From positions 2,612 to 66,611 of the forward strand of contig CAJONJ010000039.1 of the NCBI GenBank assembly GCA_905236005.1: a stretch of DNA of 64,000 nt. Reading direction: 5' to 3'. Positions 53,931-64,000 of this stretch are shown piece after piece. The notes beneath the pieces were generated by a model. The model saw only the letters and a list, made by a program, of their open reading frames with translations, did not search any database and was not told the origin of the DNA. This DNA is from an uncultured Alphaproteobacteria bacterium (GTDB lineage Bacteria > Pseudomonadota > Alphaproteobacteria > Rs-D84). The position numbers were made by a program, and so were the translations under genes. Position 1 is the stretch's first letter. Each line of letters begins with the position of its first letter.

Positions 53931-54290
53931 ATGAAACATAAAACGATATTAAATCACAAAGACTTTCTTGTCTCGTCAAATGACGTGCATGGTTTTGTTG
54001 TGCGGACTGATGATTTTATGGTAAAAACAAAATCTAGCAAAGAATATGGGAACAATAGATATGGTTTGGTTGTTACCAAAAAAAACTTTAAGTTTGCAGT
54101 GCAAAGAAATCGTGCAAAGCGGTTATTGCGTGATTGGATTGCTTTTAATGAAGATCTAATGTTGCCAGATTTAGACTATATTTTGATTGCCAAGACATCT
54201 GTTTTGGAATGTTCTCGTGAAAAAGGTCGCAAAGCAATGCGGGATGCTTTCAAAGAAATTGCAAAATTATATGAACAAAATGTCAAATAG
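53931..54290 (+). CDS. rnpA: Ribonuclease P protein component
   Basis: [21 protein letters not shown]; start moved to ATG 53931. Confidence 0.92.
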   Translation: MKHKTILNHKDFLVSSNDVHGFVVRTDDFMVKTKSSKEYGNNRYGLVVTKKNFKFAVQRNRAKRLLRDWIAFNEDLMLPDLDYILIAKTSVLECSREKGRKAMRDAFKEIAKLYEQNVK

Positions 54291-54516
54291 TGGTAGTTTT
54301 TTTGTTCGTTTTGGCTGTGCATTTGTCAGGTTTTATCAAATATGCATATCACCTGTTGTTGGTGGACGTTGTGCGTGCAGATTTACTCCAACGTGCAGCG
54401 AATATACGCATCAGGCAATTCAAAAATATGGTTTTTGTCATGGCGTGTGGTTGGGGATAAAAAGGATATCACGTTGCAGGCCTGGTGGTGGGTGTGGTTA
54501 TGACCCTGTGCCTTGA
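54271..54516 (+). CDS. yidD: Membrane protein insertion efficiency factor
   Basis: [30 protein letters not shown]. Confidence 0.92.
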   Translation: MNKMSNSGSFFVRFGCAFVRFYQICISPVVGGRCACRFTPTCSEYTHQAIQKYGFCHGVWLGIKRISRCRPGGGCGYDPVP

Positions 54517-54575
54517 CATAATAAATCAATGTGATAAAATCTTAAATAACAGGTAAATAAAAAGGATTTAAAAAT

Positions 54576-55007
54576 ATGACATCTTTTCGTGCAACAGTTG
54601 AAAATATGTCCAAATTAATGGATGAAATGGGCATAACAGAACTGGATATAGAACGACAATTATTATTGGGTTTATACCGTAAACATATTCATTTATCAAA
54701 ACAACAAACAGTGGCAGCACCAGTTGGATTTGTTTCTGCCCAGCAAAAATGTGCTGATGAAACTAAAATTTCTGGACATGTATTAAAATCTCCGATGGTT
54801 GGGGTTGTTTATTTGGCTCCGGAACCAGGTGCTAAACGTTTTGTAGAGGTTGGGGATACTGTGAAAGTTGGTGATACAGTAGCACTGGTAGAAGCTATGA
54901 AAACTTTCAACCCTATCAAATCTGACATAGACGGTGTTGTCAAAGAAATATTGGTTTCGGACAGTGCTGCCGTTGAATTTGATTCTCCGATTGTCGTAAT
55001 AGAATAG
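54576..55007 (+). CDS. accB: Biotin carboxyl carrier protein
   Basis: SPMVG, EAMK biotinylation motif. Confidence 0.93.
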   Translation: MTSFRATVENMSKLMDEMGITELDIERQLLLGLYRKHIHLSKQQTVAAPVGFVSAQQKCADETKISGHVLKSPMVGVVYLAPEPGAKRFVEVGDTVKVGDTVALVEAMKTFNPIKSDIDGVVKEILVSDSAAVEFDSPIVVIE

Positions 55008-55014
55008 GTTTCAC

Positions 55015-56403
55015 ATGCCACAAATTAAAAAAGTTTTAATTGCAAATCGTGGTGAAATTGCACTGCGTGTTATTCGTGCATGTCGTGATATGGGAATTCG
55101 CACAGTAGCTGTGTATTCTACCGCAGACAAAGATGCGATGCATGTTAAATTGGCTGATGAATCTGTGTGTATTGGACCAGCACCATCGTCTGAATCATAT
55201 TTAAATGAATCTGCAATTTTAACGGCTGCGTTATTAGCAAATGCAGATGCAATTCACCCAGGATATGGTTTTTTGTCTGAACGTGCAGATTTTGTTGAAA
55301 AAGTTGAACAACACGGTTTAATTTGGATTGGACCCAGTGCATCTATGATTCGTCAAATGGGCGACAAAGTAAATGCAAAACAAACTGCTATAAAATGTGG
55401 TTTACCAGTTGTTCCTGGTTCTGATGGGGCCATAAATACAATTGAAGATGCGATTGTATGGGCTGATAAAATTGGTTATCCTGTGATGATAAAGGCTGCT
55501 GCTGGTGGTGGCGGTCGTGGTATGCGTGCTGTGCATAACGAAGAAGAATTACGTGAAGCATTTCCATTAACCAAAGCGGAATCTAAATCTGCATTTGGTG
55601 ATGATACATTGTATATGGAAAAATTATTATTGCATCCACGTCATATTGAATTTCAGGTTTTAGGTGACCAACATGGTAACGTTGTGATTTTTGGTGAACG
55701 TGATTGTTCTTTGCAACGTAAAAATCAAAAAGTTATGGAAGAATGTCCAGCTGCTGTTTTAACACAAAAACAACACGAAGATATGATTGAAATTTGTAAA
55801 ACAGCTGCCAAGAAAATGGGATATTCAAATGCTGGAACGTTTGAATTTATGTTTGAAGATGGTAATTTTTATTTCTTGGAAATGAATACCAGATTACAGG
55901 TTGAACATCCAGTAACAGAAATGGTTTATGGTGTTGATTTGGTTCGTGAACAAATCAGAATTGCTGCGGGCGAAAAATTGGGTTATACACAATCAAATAT
56001 TGTGGCACATGGACATGCAATTGAATTTCGTATAAATGCAGAAGATCCTGAAACGTTTATTCCAAACCCTGGTAAAATAACATTATATGCACCGTCTGGT
56101 GGTTTGGGGGTTCGTGTGGATTCTGCTGTATACAGTGGATATACAATACCGCCAACATACGATTCTATGATTGCAAAATTGATTGTTCATGCACAATCTA
56201 GAACTGCTTGTATTATGCGTGCAGATCGTGCATTGGACGAATTTGTGATTGAGGGTATTAAAACAACGATCCCACTACAAAAGAAATTGTTAAATAATTC
56301 TGATGTCCGCCAATTAAAAACAGACAATCATTGGTTGGAACATTTCTTGGAAGAAGAAAAAAGTAAATCAGAAGAACCAGTAACAGAAAATCACGAAGAA
56401 TAA
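55015..56403 (+). CDS. accC: Biotin carboxylase
   Basis: ANRGEIA, HPGYGFLSE, GGGGRGM, EMNTRLQVEH. Confidence 0.96.
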   Translation: MPQIKKVLIANRGEIALRVIRACRDMGIRTVAVYSTADKDAMHVKLADESVCIGPAPSSESYLNESAILTAALLANADAIHPGYGFLSERADFVEKVEQHGLIWIGPSASMIRQMGDKVNAKQTAIKCGLPVVPGSDGAINTIEDAIVWADKIGYPVMIKAAAGGGGRGMRAVHNEEELREAFPLTKAESKSAFGDDTLYMEKLLLHPRHIEFQVLGDQHGNVVIFGERDCSLQRKNQKVMEECPAAVLTQKQHEDMIEICKTAAKKMGYSNAGTFEFMFEDGNFYFLEMNTRLQVEHPVTEMVYGVDLVREQIRIAAGEKLGYTQSNIVAHGHAIEFRINAEDPETFIPNPGKITLYAPSGGLGVRVDSAVYSGYTIPPTYDSMIAKLIVHAQSRTACIMRADRALDEFVIEGIKTTIPLQKKLLNNSDVRQLKTDNHWLEHFLEEEKSKSEEPVTENHEE

Positions 56404-56431
56404 AAAATACCGCCCGAAAGGGTGGTATTTT
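56402..56431. terminator. Bidirectional terminator
   Basis: AAAATACCGCCC-GAAA-GGGTGGTATTTT. Confidence 0.85.
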
Positions 56432-57428
56432 ATAGAGATATTTTTATAATCGGAATTTGGGTTTCTTCATCCGTTATACCTGCATGATGACTTTTGCAAG
56501 TTTGGCAATCATGATTTTCCCATAAATTATAATGCCCAGTTGCCAAGGCAACATAATCACCAACAAAGCGAACAGGTTTATCTGAATGTAAATATTTCTT
56601 TTCAAATTCGTCTTTTGTCACCAATTTGAATTTATCACCAAAATATTTATTAAAAACATCTGGAAATGTTTTTATGTATTCTGGTTTTATAAAACATGAT
56701 ACACAACGTGCTTCTAACGAAGTTGGTACAGCAAAACATTGTGCAACATCTGGATAATCAGACAAAAACAGATTGTCTGTATCTGTATGCCCATGATCAG
56801 CAGTTATTAACACATCTGTTTTATTATGTATTTTTTGAAAAGCTGTCTCTATTTTTTGTTCCATATCACGCAACAAAGTTTTTATTTTTGGATCTTTGGA
56901 ACCTGTTTCATGTAGTGTGCTGTCTGGTTCAGGCCAGTATGCGTATATGTATGCGTCTGTTTCTTTATTACAAGTTTCTACGATTTTATCAATCCATTCA
57001 TCAAAAGTAGCAACACCACCCATAAACCAAGGAACAATTGCACAAGCACGACGACCATTATCATTCATTTCTTCAACAACCGTTTTACATGGCAGTGTAT
57101 TAGAATGCTGTGGCAGTTTAGAATCTGTCCATGTGTAAAAGTTTTTATTAGAAAACATTTCTATAACTTCATCTATTTCAGGAAAATATTGAGACCAACC
57201 AATAAAACCAGTTTCGTATGGCATTTTGCCAGTACGATATGCAGTTGTGGCTGCTACAGTCGTTGCTGGAATAATTGCGTGTTCTATATCAACTAAATGA
57301 TGTTGAAAAAAACCGTTTTTATCCAGTAATTTATTTATTACTGCAACCCCCATACCATCTAACACCATCACTAAACGATTTTTTCCAGTTGCTGTTTGCA
57401 TTTCTTTTAATCGTTCTAATATAGCCAT
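56430..57428 (-). CDS. Alkaline phosphatase superfamily / nucleotide pyrophosphatase-phosphodiesterase
   Basis: LDGMG, PATTVAA, EPDSTLH, TADHG, HHAG; start moved to ATG 57428. Confidence 0.85.
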   Translation of the reverse strand: MAILERLKEMQTATGKNRLVMVLDGMGVAVINKLLDKNGFFQHHLVDIEHAIIPATTVAATTAYRTGKMPYETGFIGWSQYFPEIDEVIEMFSNKNFYTWTDSKLPQHSNTLPCKTVVEEMNDNGRRACAIVPWFMGGVATFDEWIDKIVETCNKETDAYIYAYWPEPDSTLHETGSKDPKIKTLLRDMEQKIETAFQKIHNKTDVLITADHGHTDTDNLFLSDYPDVAQCFAVPTSLEARCVSCFIKPEYIKTFPDVFNKYFGDKFKLVTKDEFEKKYLHSDKPVRFVGDYVALATGHYNLWENHDCQTCKSHHAGITDEETQIPIIKISL

Positions 57429-57459
57429 TTTTATATCCTTTTTGTTAATCACTTTAAAT

Positions 57460-57646
57460 AAAAAAAATTGGCTTTGAACAATACCCCTACGGTGTCAAAG
57501 CCAATCAACCCATAACACCGTAAGGGCTTAATAGGCGAAATACAAAACACATGCACAAAGTTGTGCAAAACCAGAAAAACAACTAAAATTCACAAATAAT
57601 GTTTTCATTTCAGAAAAAATTGTACTGTAAATTTCTTGAAAGTCAA
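57460..57646 (-). promoter_or_regulatory. Promoter, 26-aa leader peptide and terminator/antiterminator (attenuator)
   Basis: TTGACT-16-TACAAT; uORF 57608-57528; overlapping 13-bp antiterminator and 11-bp terminator with U8. Confidence 0.8.
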
Positions 57647-57664
57647 GCATGTGACAGCAGGTGT

Positions 57665-58135
57665 TTATTGATTGCGTTTTTTTCTGAACTCGTCCAAAGA
57701 AACAATTCTTTTGTCATCTGGAACTGTACCAGCTTTTTCGTCTAACGGTAATTCTATATCGTTATCTGGTGCAGCAGTTGTTGTTTGTTTTGGGTGAAAC
57801 GATAACATAAATTCAGTAGATGGATCTTTGAATTCAACCAATGCAGAAAATGGAACCCGTATAAAAAATGGACGACCATCAAAAGTTAATTGCACACCAA
57901 ATTCTTTGTCAGATACATTAAGATTATTATAAGAATATTGTAATACAATTGTCATAATATCTGGATATCTTATACGTAAAAAATCTGGCAATACAACACC
58001 TGGGTCACGTGTTTTAAAAGTGATAAAAAATCCAGCATCATCGCCCAGACCATTAAATTGTGCATACAGTAATGCTTCTTTGACGACTGTCTTCAAAGCA
58101 TTGTCTAGTAATTGTTGATAATCTATTTTATGCAT
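57665..58135 (-). CDS. sspB: ClpXP adaptor SspB, alphaproteobacterial type
   Basis: IDYQ, FFITFKT, YPDIMTIVLQ, C-terminal IVSLDEFRKK. Confidence 0.85.
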   Translation of the reverse strand: MHKIDYQQLLDNALKTVVKEALLYAQFNGLGDDAGFFITFKTRDPGVVLPDFLRIRYPDIMTIVLQYSYNNLNVSDKEFGVQLTFDGRPFFIRVPFSALVEFKDPSTEFMLSFHPKQTTTAAPDNDIELPLDEKAGTVPDDKRIVSLDEFRKKRNQ

Positions 58136-58137
58136 GT

Positions 58138-59217
58138 TTATTCTCCGCTGGTTACTATATTACTTATTGTGCCATCTTGGCAAGTAACAAATAAAGCATT
58201 TGGAATGTTTTGAAAAATATTTACATCTAATCCAGTAGCCCAAACCTGTGCATCTGATGCGTTTAATTCTTGGAATAATCTGATGCGTGCTTCGTTATCC
58301 AGATGTGCAGCTGCTTCGTCCAGCAATATTAATGGGTTTTGACCTGTTTTTATATGAATCAATTTTGCGTGTGCTAGAATCAAATCAATCAATATAGATT
58401 TTTGTTGTCCTGTACTGGTTATGTGTGCTGGCAGATTTAATTTTTTATTAAATACCCCAAAATCAGATTTGTGAACACCGTCTATAACCATTTTATCACC
58501 AGTCAATTCACGATTTTGTTGTAAATATTCAAAATAAATATTTTCAGCATTTGTCGTAGTATTTTCAATAATCAATTTTTCAATCATGCCATCTACAGAT
58601 ACGCCACCTGTTTCAAAAAAATAATTTATTTCAGCAGAATATCTAATACGACCGGCACCAATAGCAACTGCTGTTGCAGCAATTTGTTTATCTAAAACAT
58701 TTAACCAATTCGTGTCAGCTGAATTTTTTAAAGCCCCTGCCCGTTCTGATAATAATTTATTTAAACGTGCGATTCTTCCAATATGTGCAGGTTCAAAACT
58801 GGCGGCTAATCTGTCAAAGAAAGCCCGTCTGTCTGATGCTGATTCCATAAAAATTCTGTCTTCTTTTGGGGTCAACCACACAATACGTAAATGTTTAGCT
58901 AAATCAGACAAAGTTGCATTTTCGTTATCTATTTTAGCATGTCTGTTTGTTTCGCCTGGATTTAAAAATACGCAAATATCTGTATCGTTTTGTGTTGTTG
59001 CAAATACGGAAAAACCGCCATTTCCGTTAAATCTGGGCAACATTTGTGTATCTGCACTACGTAAACCACGTTCGCCAGATAACAAAGAAACAGCTTCCAG
59101 CAAAGCTGTTTTGCCAGCACCATTTAATCCTGTGATTATAATATTCTTATAACCATCAGTTCTGATTCTGGAACATTCATGATTTCTGAAATTTGTAACA
59201 GTGATTTGATTTATCAT
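58138..59217 (-). CDS. recF: DNA replication/repair protein RecF
   Basis: NFRNH, GLNGAGKT, RRAFFDR, STGQQK, LLDEAAAHLD. Confidence 0.92.
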   Translation of the reverse strand: MINQITVTNFRNHECSRIRTDGYKNIIITGLNGAGKTALLEAVSLLSGERGLRSADTQMLPRFNGNGGFSVFATTQNDTDICVFLNPGETNRHAKIDNENATLSDLAKHLRIVWLTPKEDRIFMESASDRRAFFDRLAASFEPAHIGRIARLNKLLSERAGALKNSADTNWLNVLDKQIAATAVAIGAGRIRYSAEINYFFETGGVSVDGMIEKLIIENTTTNAENIYFEYLQQNRELTGDKMVIDGVHKSDFGVFNKKLNLPAHITSTGQQKSILIDLILAHAKLIHIKTGQNPLILLDEAAAHLDNEARIRLFQELNASDAQVWATGLDVNIFQNIPNALFVTCQDGTISNIVTSGE

Positions 59218-59228
59218 TTTAAAAAACT

Positions 59229-59302
59229 TGGAGGCCAGGGTCGGAATCGAACCGGCATAGAAGGATTTGCAGTCCTCTGCATAACCACTCTGCCACCTGG
59301 CC
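59229..59302 (-). tRNA. tRNA-Cys(GCA)
   Basis: Reverse complement GGCCAGG...CCTGGCCTCCA; anticodon loop CTGCAAA. Confidence 0.95.
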
Positions 59303-59445
59303 TTTTGTGCAAAGCTATATTAGGCAAAAAATAAAACTATTGCAACATAAAAATAAAAAAATAATACAGGGATAATTTCATATAAAAAAGTTATAGCCAA
59401 GGTATGTTTTTATGCTATAATCAATCAAAACGAGAGAGAGTATAT

Positions 59446-60768
59446 ATGAAAAAATTGGCTGTTTTTCTGGTGTTTTTTCCATTGTATGCGATGGCAAAAG
59501 ATGATTGTGCAACAATGCATAATGTTCCAGAAACCCCGATGTCTTTACAGGATGTTTTGAATCTTGGGTTGTGTCGCAATCCACAGACGGCTGCTGCTTA
59601 TGCATCGTTGCAATCGTCAAAATATACCAAAAATGCCAGCTATTCTAATTATTTGCCGTCTATCAGTGCTCATGGTGGTGCAGACCGTTTGCATACTCAA
59701 CATGATGCTTGGGCATATAACGCATCGTTATCTGCTTCATATTTAATATTTGATTTTGGTAAACGTGAATCAGATTTTGCACAAACATTAGCAACATATC
59801 GTGCAGCTGGGTTTGATTATGATGAAACAATTCAAAATTATGTGTATTCAGTAATTGGTGCATATTATTCGCTGTTAAATGCAGATGCAGATGTTAAATC
59901 TGCAACATCCGCTTTGACTGTTGCACAAACAGCAAAAAATACAGCTGATAAAAAATTCAAAGCTGGGGCTGTGGCCAAAGCTGACGTTTACAAGGCTGAT
60001 ACCACATTGGCCAGTTCGCAGTTATCTTTGGAACGTGCAAAAAATAATCGTGAAATTGCCAAGGGTACATTGTTAAACAAATTATCATTTCCAGCAAATC
60101 AGGATATAAAAATTCAAGATATGCCTGCAACATTTGGCTCTGATGCAGAAATGGAAAATTTAGAAGAATTAATATCTGTTGCACAAAAGAAAAGACCGGA
60201 TTTATTGAAAGCAAATGCTAGAACCAGTGCTGCATGGCATAAACGCAATGCTGCTTTTTTGAAAAATTTACCATCTATATCAGTTACTGGGACGGCTGGT
60301 ATAAACGCAGACAGTATGGGCGGTTTGTTTGAACACATGTCTGGTCGTGTAAATGGCAGAATTGGGGTATCTGTATCAATGCCTATATTTGCAGGTTTTG
60401 CAAATATGTATAATGCCCGTTCTGCTGGTGCGGATTATGAAAATGCGAAATATACAGAACAAAGTGTTAAAAATAATGCGATGATGGATGTGTTTACGGC
60501 CTATCAAAATTATAAGACGGCTAAAACTGTTTTAAATCAATCTGAAACTTTGTTGAAATCTGCCACAGAAAGTGAACGTGTAACGTCGGGTATGTATAAG
60601 GTTGGACGTGCAACAATGTTAGATTGGCAGACTGCTCAATCAGAATTAGTTGATGCACAAAAACAAAACAATTCAGCAAAATATGATTTGTTTGTAAAGC
60701 GTGCTGCTGTTGCATTGGCTATTGGTGATATAAAATCTGGGTTAAAGGAAGAATATGATGAAAAATAA
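59446..60768 (+). CDS. TolC-family outer membrane efflux protein
   Basis: Signal peptide, two OEP repeats (YLPSIS, IFDFG, PIFAGF); start moved to ATG 59446. Confidence 0.9.
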   Translation: MKKLAVFLVFFPLYAMAKDDCATMHNVPETPMSLQDVLNLGLCRNPQTAAAYASLQSSKYTKNASYSNYLPSISAHGGADRLHTQHDAWAYNASLSASYLIFDFGKRESDFAQTLATYRAAGFDYDETIQNYVYSVIGAYYSLLNADADVKSATSALTVAQTAKNTADKKFKAGAVAKADVYKADTTLASSQLSLERAKNNREIAKGTLLNKLSFPANQDIKIQDMPATFGSDAEMENLEELISVAQKKRPDLLKANARTSAAWHKRNAAFLKNLPSISVTGTAGINADSMGGLFEHMSGRVNGRIGVSVSMPIFAGFANMYNARSAGADYENAKYTEQSVKNNAMMDVFTAYQNYKTAKTVLNQSETLLKSATESERVTSGMYKVGRATMLDWQTAQSELVDAQKQNNSAKYDLFVKRAAVALAIGDIKSGLKEEYDEK

Positions 60769-61945
60769 AAACACGGAACAAAGACCATCTTTTATTAAAA
60801 GATTTTTTTCTTGGATATGGCGGAACAAATGGTGGTTGATAATAATATTGTTAATCGCTGGCGGTTTGTGTTGGTGGCTGTGTCCAAAATCAAACAAAAA
60901 GAAAGAATTTGTAACAGTAGATATTGTTCGTGGTGATATTATCCAAACAGTAACAGCTACTGGTGAAATACAACCTGTAAATACTGTCAGCATTGGTTCA
61001 CAAGTGTCTGGCACCATAGAAGATATTTTTGTGGATTATAATTCCAAAGTTAAAAAAGGTGATATTTTATTAACCATAGAACCGTCAGTTTTGCAATCGT
61101 CTGTAGATGAATCAAATGCGTCTTTGAAATCAGCACAATCACAGTTAAAATATGCAAAAAGTGAATATAAACGTAATCAAGCCTTATACAAAGATGGTTT
61201 TATTTCACGTGCTGAGATGGAAAAATCACAAACAACATATGAACAGGCAGAACAAGCAGTTAAAAAGGCTCAGTATTCATACGACAGAGCTGTTACTAAT
61301 TTGGGTTATGCAACCATTACATCGCCTGTGGATGGAACTGTAATTTCAAGAAAAGTAGACAAAGGTCAAACTGTGGCTGCGTCTTTCCAAACCCCAGATT
61401 TATTTGAAATTGCCGAAGATTTATCCAAAATGCAAATAGAAACAGCTGTATCCGAAGCAGATATTGGTATGATAACAGAAGGTTTACCTGTAACGTTTAC
61501 GGTTGATGCGTATTCTGGTCAAACGTTCAAAGGTGATGTTTATCAAATCAGATTATCTCCGACAAATGTGTCAAATGTGGTCGTGTATACTGTTGTGATA
61601 AATGTTGATAATTCGGATTTGCGTTTGATGCCAGGTATGACGGCATTTGTTACAATTGTTGTCGCAGAAGCCAAAGATGCATGGAAAACAAAAAATTCTG
61701 GTTTGTTGATTCGTTCTTATAAAAATTTAGCAGAAAATGTTCCAGAAGATATTACACCTAAAACACATCTTGCAATACAACGTGACGGTAAATTAGAATT
61801 TGTTCCATATACAAAAGGCTTGGTAACACCAACCGAAACACAATTAATATCCGATGCAATCAAAGAAAAAGATAAATTAGTTGTTGGTTTTATTGGTCAG
61901 GTATCTACAAACAAAAGCACTATGCGTGGTGGTCCAAGAATGTAG
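60755..61945 (+). CDS. MacA-like periplasmic adaptor
   Basis: ATGEIQP, GSQVSG, SPVDGTV, GQTVAAS, LMPGMTA. Confidence 0.9.
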   Translation: MMKNKNTEQRPSFIKRFFSWIWRNKWWLIIILLIAGGLCWWLCPKSNKKKEFVTVDIVRGDIIQTVTATGEIQPVNTVSIGSQVSGTIEDIFVDYNSKVKKGDILLTIEPSVLQSSVDESNASLKSAQSQLKYAKSEYKRNQALYKDGFISRAEMEKSQTTYEQAEQAVKKAQYSYDRAVTNLGYATITSPVDGTVISRKVDKGQTVAASFQTPDLFEIAEDLSKMQIETAVSEADIGMITEGLPVTFTVDAYSGQTFKGDVYQIRLSPTNVSNVVVYTVVINVDNSDLRLMPGMTAFVTIVVAEAKDAWKTKNSGLLIRSYKNLAENVPEDITPKTHLAIQRDGKLEFVPYTKGLVTPTETQLISDAIKEKDKLVVGFIGQVSTNKSTMRGGPRM

Positions 61946-61954
61946 GATAAATGT

Positions 61955-62701
61955 ATGAAAAAACAGATACCGATTATCGCATTACATAAAGTTTGTAAAA
62001 GTTTTCCATTGGCAATCGGTGGTGAACAACAGGTTTTGTTTGATGTCAGTTTTACGGTGAATTCTAGCGAATTTGTTGCGATTATGGGACCATCTGGGTC
62101 TGGTAAATCTACGTGTATGAATATTGTTGGTGCTTTGGATTCTGCAACATCTGGAACATACGAATTATACGGGAAAGATATTACAACTATGACTAATGAT
62201 GAATTAGCAACAGTTCGTAATGAATATATTGGTTTTGTTTTTCAGAATTTTAATTTGTTGGCAAAAAGAAATATTTTAGATAATGTAATGTTACCTTTGA
62301 TGTATCGTGGATGGGTTATGGACGACAGAATTCGCCGTGCACGTGAAATGTTGAAATTGGTTGGGTTGGAAAAATTTGAAACGTATTTACCAACACAATT
62401 ATCTGGTGGTATGAAACAGCGTGTCGCAATTGCACGTGCATTGGCTGGTAATCCGAAATTGATTTTAGCAGATGAACCAACTGGTGCATTGGATTCTAAG
62501 ATGGGTAATGAAATTTTACATTTCTTTAAAAAATTAAATAAAGATATGGGGATAACTATCATAATGATTACGCATGAATTTGAAATTGCAAAATACGCAG
62601 ACAGAATTATTCATGTATATGATGGGCGTATCGTTTTTGATGGTCCTGTCCCAGCTAATGAAAATGTATTATTAAAAGCAGAAAAAGGCCATAAAAAATG
62701 A
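61955..62701 (+). CDS. MacB/LolD-type ABC ATP-binding protein
   Basis: GPSGSGKST, LSGGMKQRV, ADEPTGALD. Confidence 0.92.
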   Translation: MKKQIPIIALHKVCKSFPLAIGGEQQVLFDVSFTVNSSEFVAIMGPSGSGKSTCMNIVGALDSATSGTYELYGKDITTMTNDELATVRNEYIGFVFQNFNLLAKRNILDNVMLPLMYRGWVMDDRIRRAREMLKLVGLEKFETYLPTQLSGGMKQRVAIARALAGNPKLILADEPTGALDSKMGNEILHFFKKLNKDMGITIIMITHEFEIAKYADRIIHVYDGRIVFDGPVPANENVLLKAEKGHKK

Positions 62702-63915
62702 CACTGCGTGATATATTAAAAGAATCTTGGTTATCTATCAGCGGAAATAAATTACGTTCGTTTCTGACTGTTTTGGGAATTATTATTGGTGTAATGGCGG
62801 TGGTGATTATGGTTGCAGTTGGTGAAACTGTTCAACAATCTATCACAGACCAGTTTTCATCGCTTGGAACAAATACCATTGTTATTCGTGCTGGTGCGGC
62901 ACGTGCTGGTGGGGTCAGGATGGGTAATCGTCAAACACTGACAATCAGTGATGCTGAACAAATCAGAAAATTACCAGATGTGGTTGCTATATCACCTGCA
63001 CAAAATTCTGGTGCCCAGGTAATTTATGGAAACAAGAATTGGGCTACGTCTATGGTTGGGGTTTATCCAGATTATACAACCATTCAGAATATAGAAATGG
63101 AATATGGAACGTTTTTTGATCAATCTGCAATAAAAAATGCTTCAACATATGCGGTTATTGGTCCTGATACAGCCAGGGAATTAAATATGCCAGAAAACCC
63201 TGTGGGTGAAATAATTCGTGTTCAAAATATGCCGTTCGTTATAATTGGTCAAATGAAAGCAAAAGGTGATTCTGCGATGGGATCACAAGATGATATGGTC
63301 ATTATTCCAATCACAACATTAAAGAAAAGGTTACAGGGATCTCGTTTTCCTGATTCTGTTGCTATGATTGCGTTAAAATTGTATCAGGATGCTGATAATG
63401 CTGTGGTCACAGAACAAATAACATCTTTACTTCGTCAAAGACACAGAATCAAAGAAAATGATGAAAACGATTTTCAGGTTACAGATATGAAACAAATTAT
63501 GGAAACAATGAATACTGTGACGGGGTATTTAAAGTTATTATTGGTTGCAATTGCGGCGGTTTCATTATTGGTTGGTTCAATTGGTATTATGAATATGATG
63601 TTGGTATCTGTGGCTGAACGCACACGTGAAATTGGGGTTCGTAAAGCAATTGGTGCACGTGAACGTGTGATTATTATTCAGTTTTTATCAGAATCTGTAT
63701 TGATATCTTTTATTGGTTCTATGTTTGGACTTGTGATGGGGGTTGGATTATCACAAGGTGTTGGCAGGTTCATATTGCATTATAATGTTCCGTTCAGTAT
63801 TTGGCCAGTTATTGTGTCTGTTACAGTTGCGGTGGTTGTGGGATTAGCATCAGGGGTTGCACCTGCGATTAAGGCTGCAAAATTAAATCCAATAGACAGT
63901 TTAAGATACGAATAA
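62698..63915 (+). CDS. MacB-type ABC permease
   Basis: RSFLTVLGIIIG, GIMNMMLVSVAERTREIG, LNPIDSLRYE. Confidence 0.92.
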   Translation: MTLRDILKESWLSISGNKLRSFLTVLGIIIGVMAVVIMVAVGETVQQSITDQFSSLGTNTIVIRAGAARAGGVRMGNRQTLTISDAEQIRKLPDVVAISPAQNSGAQVIYGNKNWATSMVGVYPDYTTIQNIEMEYGTFFDQSAIKNASTYAVIGPDTARELNMPENPVGEIIRVQNMPFVIIGQMKAKGDSAMGSQDDMVIIPITTLKKRLQGSRFPDSVAMIALKLYQDADNAVVTEQITSLLRQRHRIKENDENDFQVTDMKQIMETMNTVTGYLKLLLVAIAAVSLLVGSIGIMNMMLVSVAERTREIGVRKAIGARERVIIIQFLSESVLISFIGSMFGLVMGVGLSQGVGRFILHYNVPFSIWPVIVSVTVAVVVGLASGVAPAIKAAKLNPIDSLRYE

Positions 63916-63920
63916 AGTAT

Positions 63921-63950
63921 AAAAAAACACCGGTATTTACCGGTGTTTTT
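63921..63950. terminator. Bidirectional terminator
   Basis: AAAAACACCGGTA-TT-TACCGGTGTTTTT. Confidence 0.85.
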
Positions 63951-63954
63951 CTTA

Positions 63955-64000
63955 TTATTTACGCAGACCCAATTTTTTAATCAGTGCGTCATATTCAGCA
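63955..64000 (-). CDS. rpsO: 30S ribosomal protein S15, C-terminal fragment
   Basis: AEYDALIKKLGLRK-stop is the typical uS15 C-terminus. Confidence 0.8.
   Translation of the reverse strand, partial: AEYDALIKKLGLRK

Overview
AT-rich chromosomal segment of a genome-reduced Gram-negative bacterium. The alpha-type SspB, Zn-free bL36 and the A-U pair in the tRNA-fMet anticodon stem point to an alphaproteobacterium; an Rs-D84/Enterousia-like gut lineage is my guess, not something shown. Most of the window is housekeeping: gyrB, lpxC/K, ychF, dnaG, topA, rodA-mrdA-mreD-mreC, rpmI-rplT-pheST, nth, ileS, mnmG, fabG/D, queH, metG, mreB, rnpA, accBC, recF, a TolC-MacAB-like pump, four tRNAs and the 3' end of rpsO. 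Main highlights: (1) A stack of single-gene cassettes at the 3' end of tRNA-fMet (10.86-13.8 kb). Complete units are bounded by a left arm (hairpin plus AGTTCGAAAGT, starting 59 nt after CAACCA) and a right arm ending in CAACCA. Both right arms encode a start-less peptide tail conserved through synonymous codon changes, apparently split large-serine-recombinase ends, and no integrase gene is present. (2) Leader-peptide attenuators upstream of ileS (MNTKTIIIIK), metG (MRMYK) and a phosphodiesterase gene. (3) A candidate oriC built from TTTTCAACA boxes. (4) Orphan type IVb pilus (pilOPQR-like) and virB3/virB4 modules. (5) A 1580-aa M48-protease/ABC1-kinase fusion. (6) A Cys-rich surface-protein gene broken at homopolymer tracts. 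All calls come from motif recognition by eye; no database searches were run.
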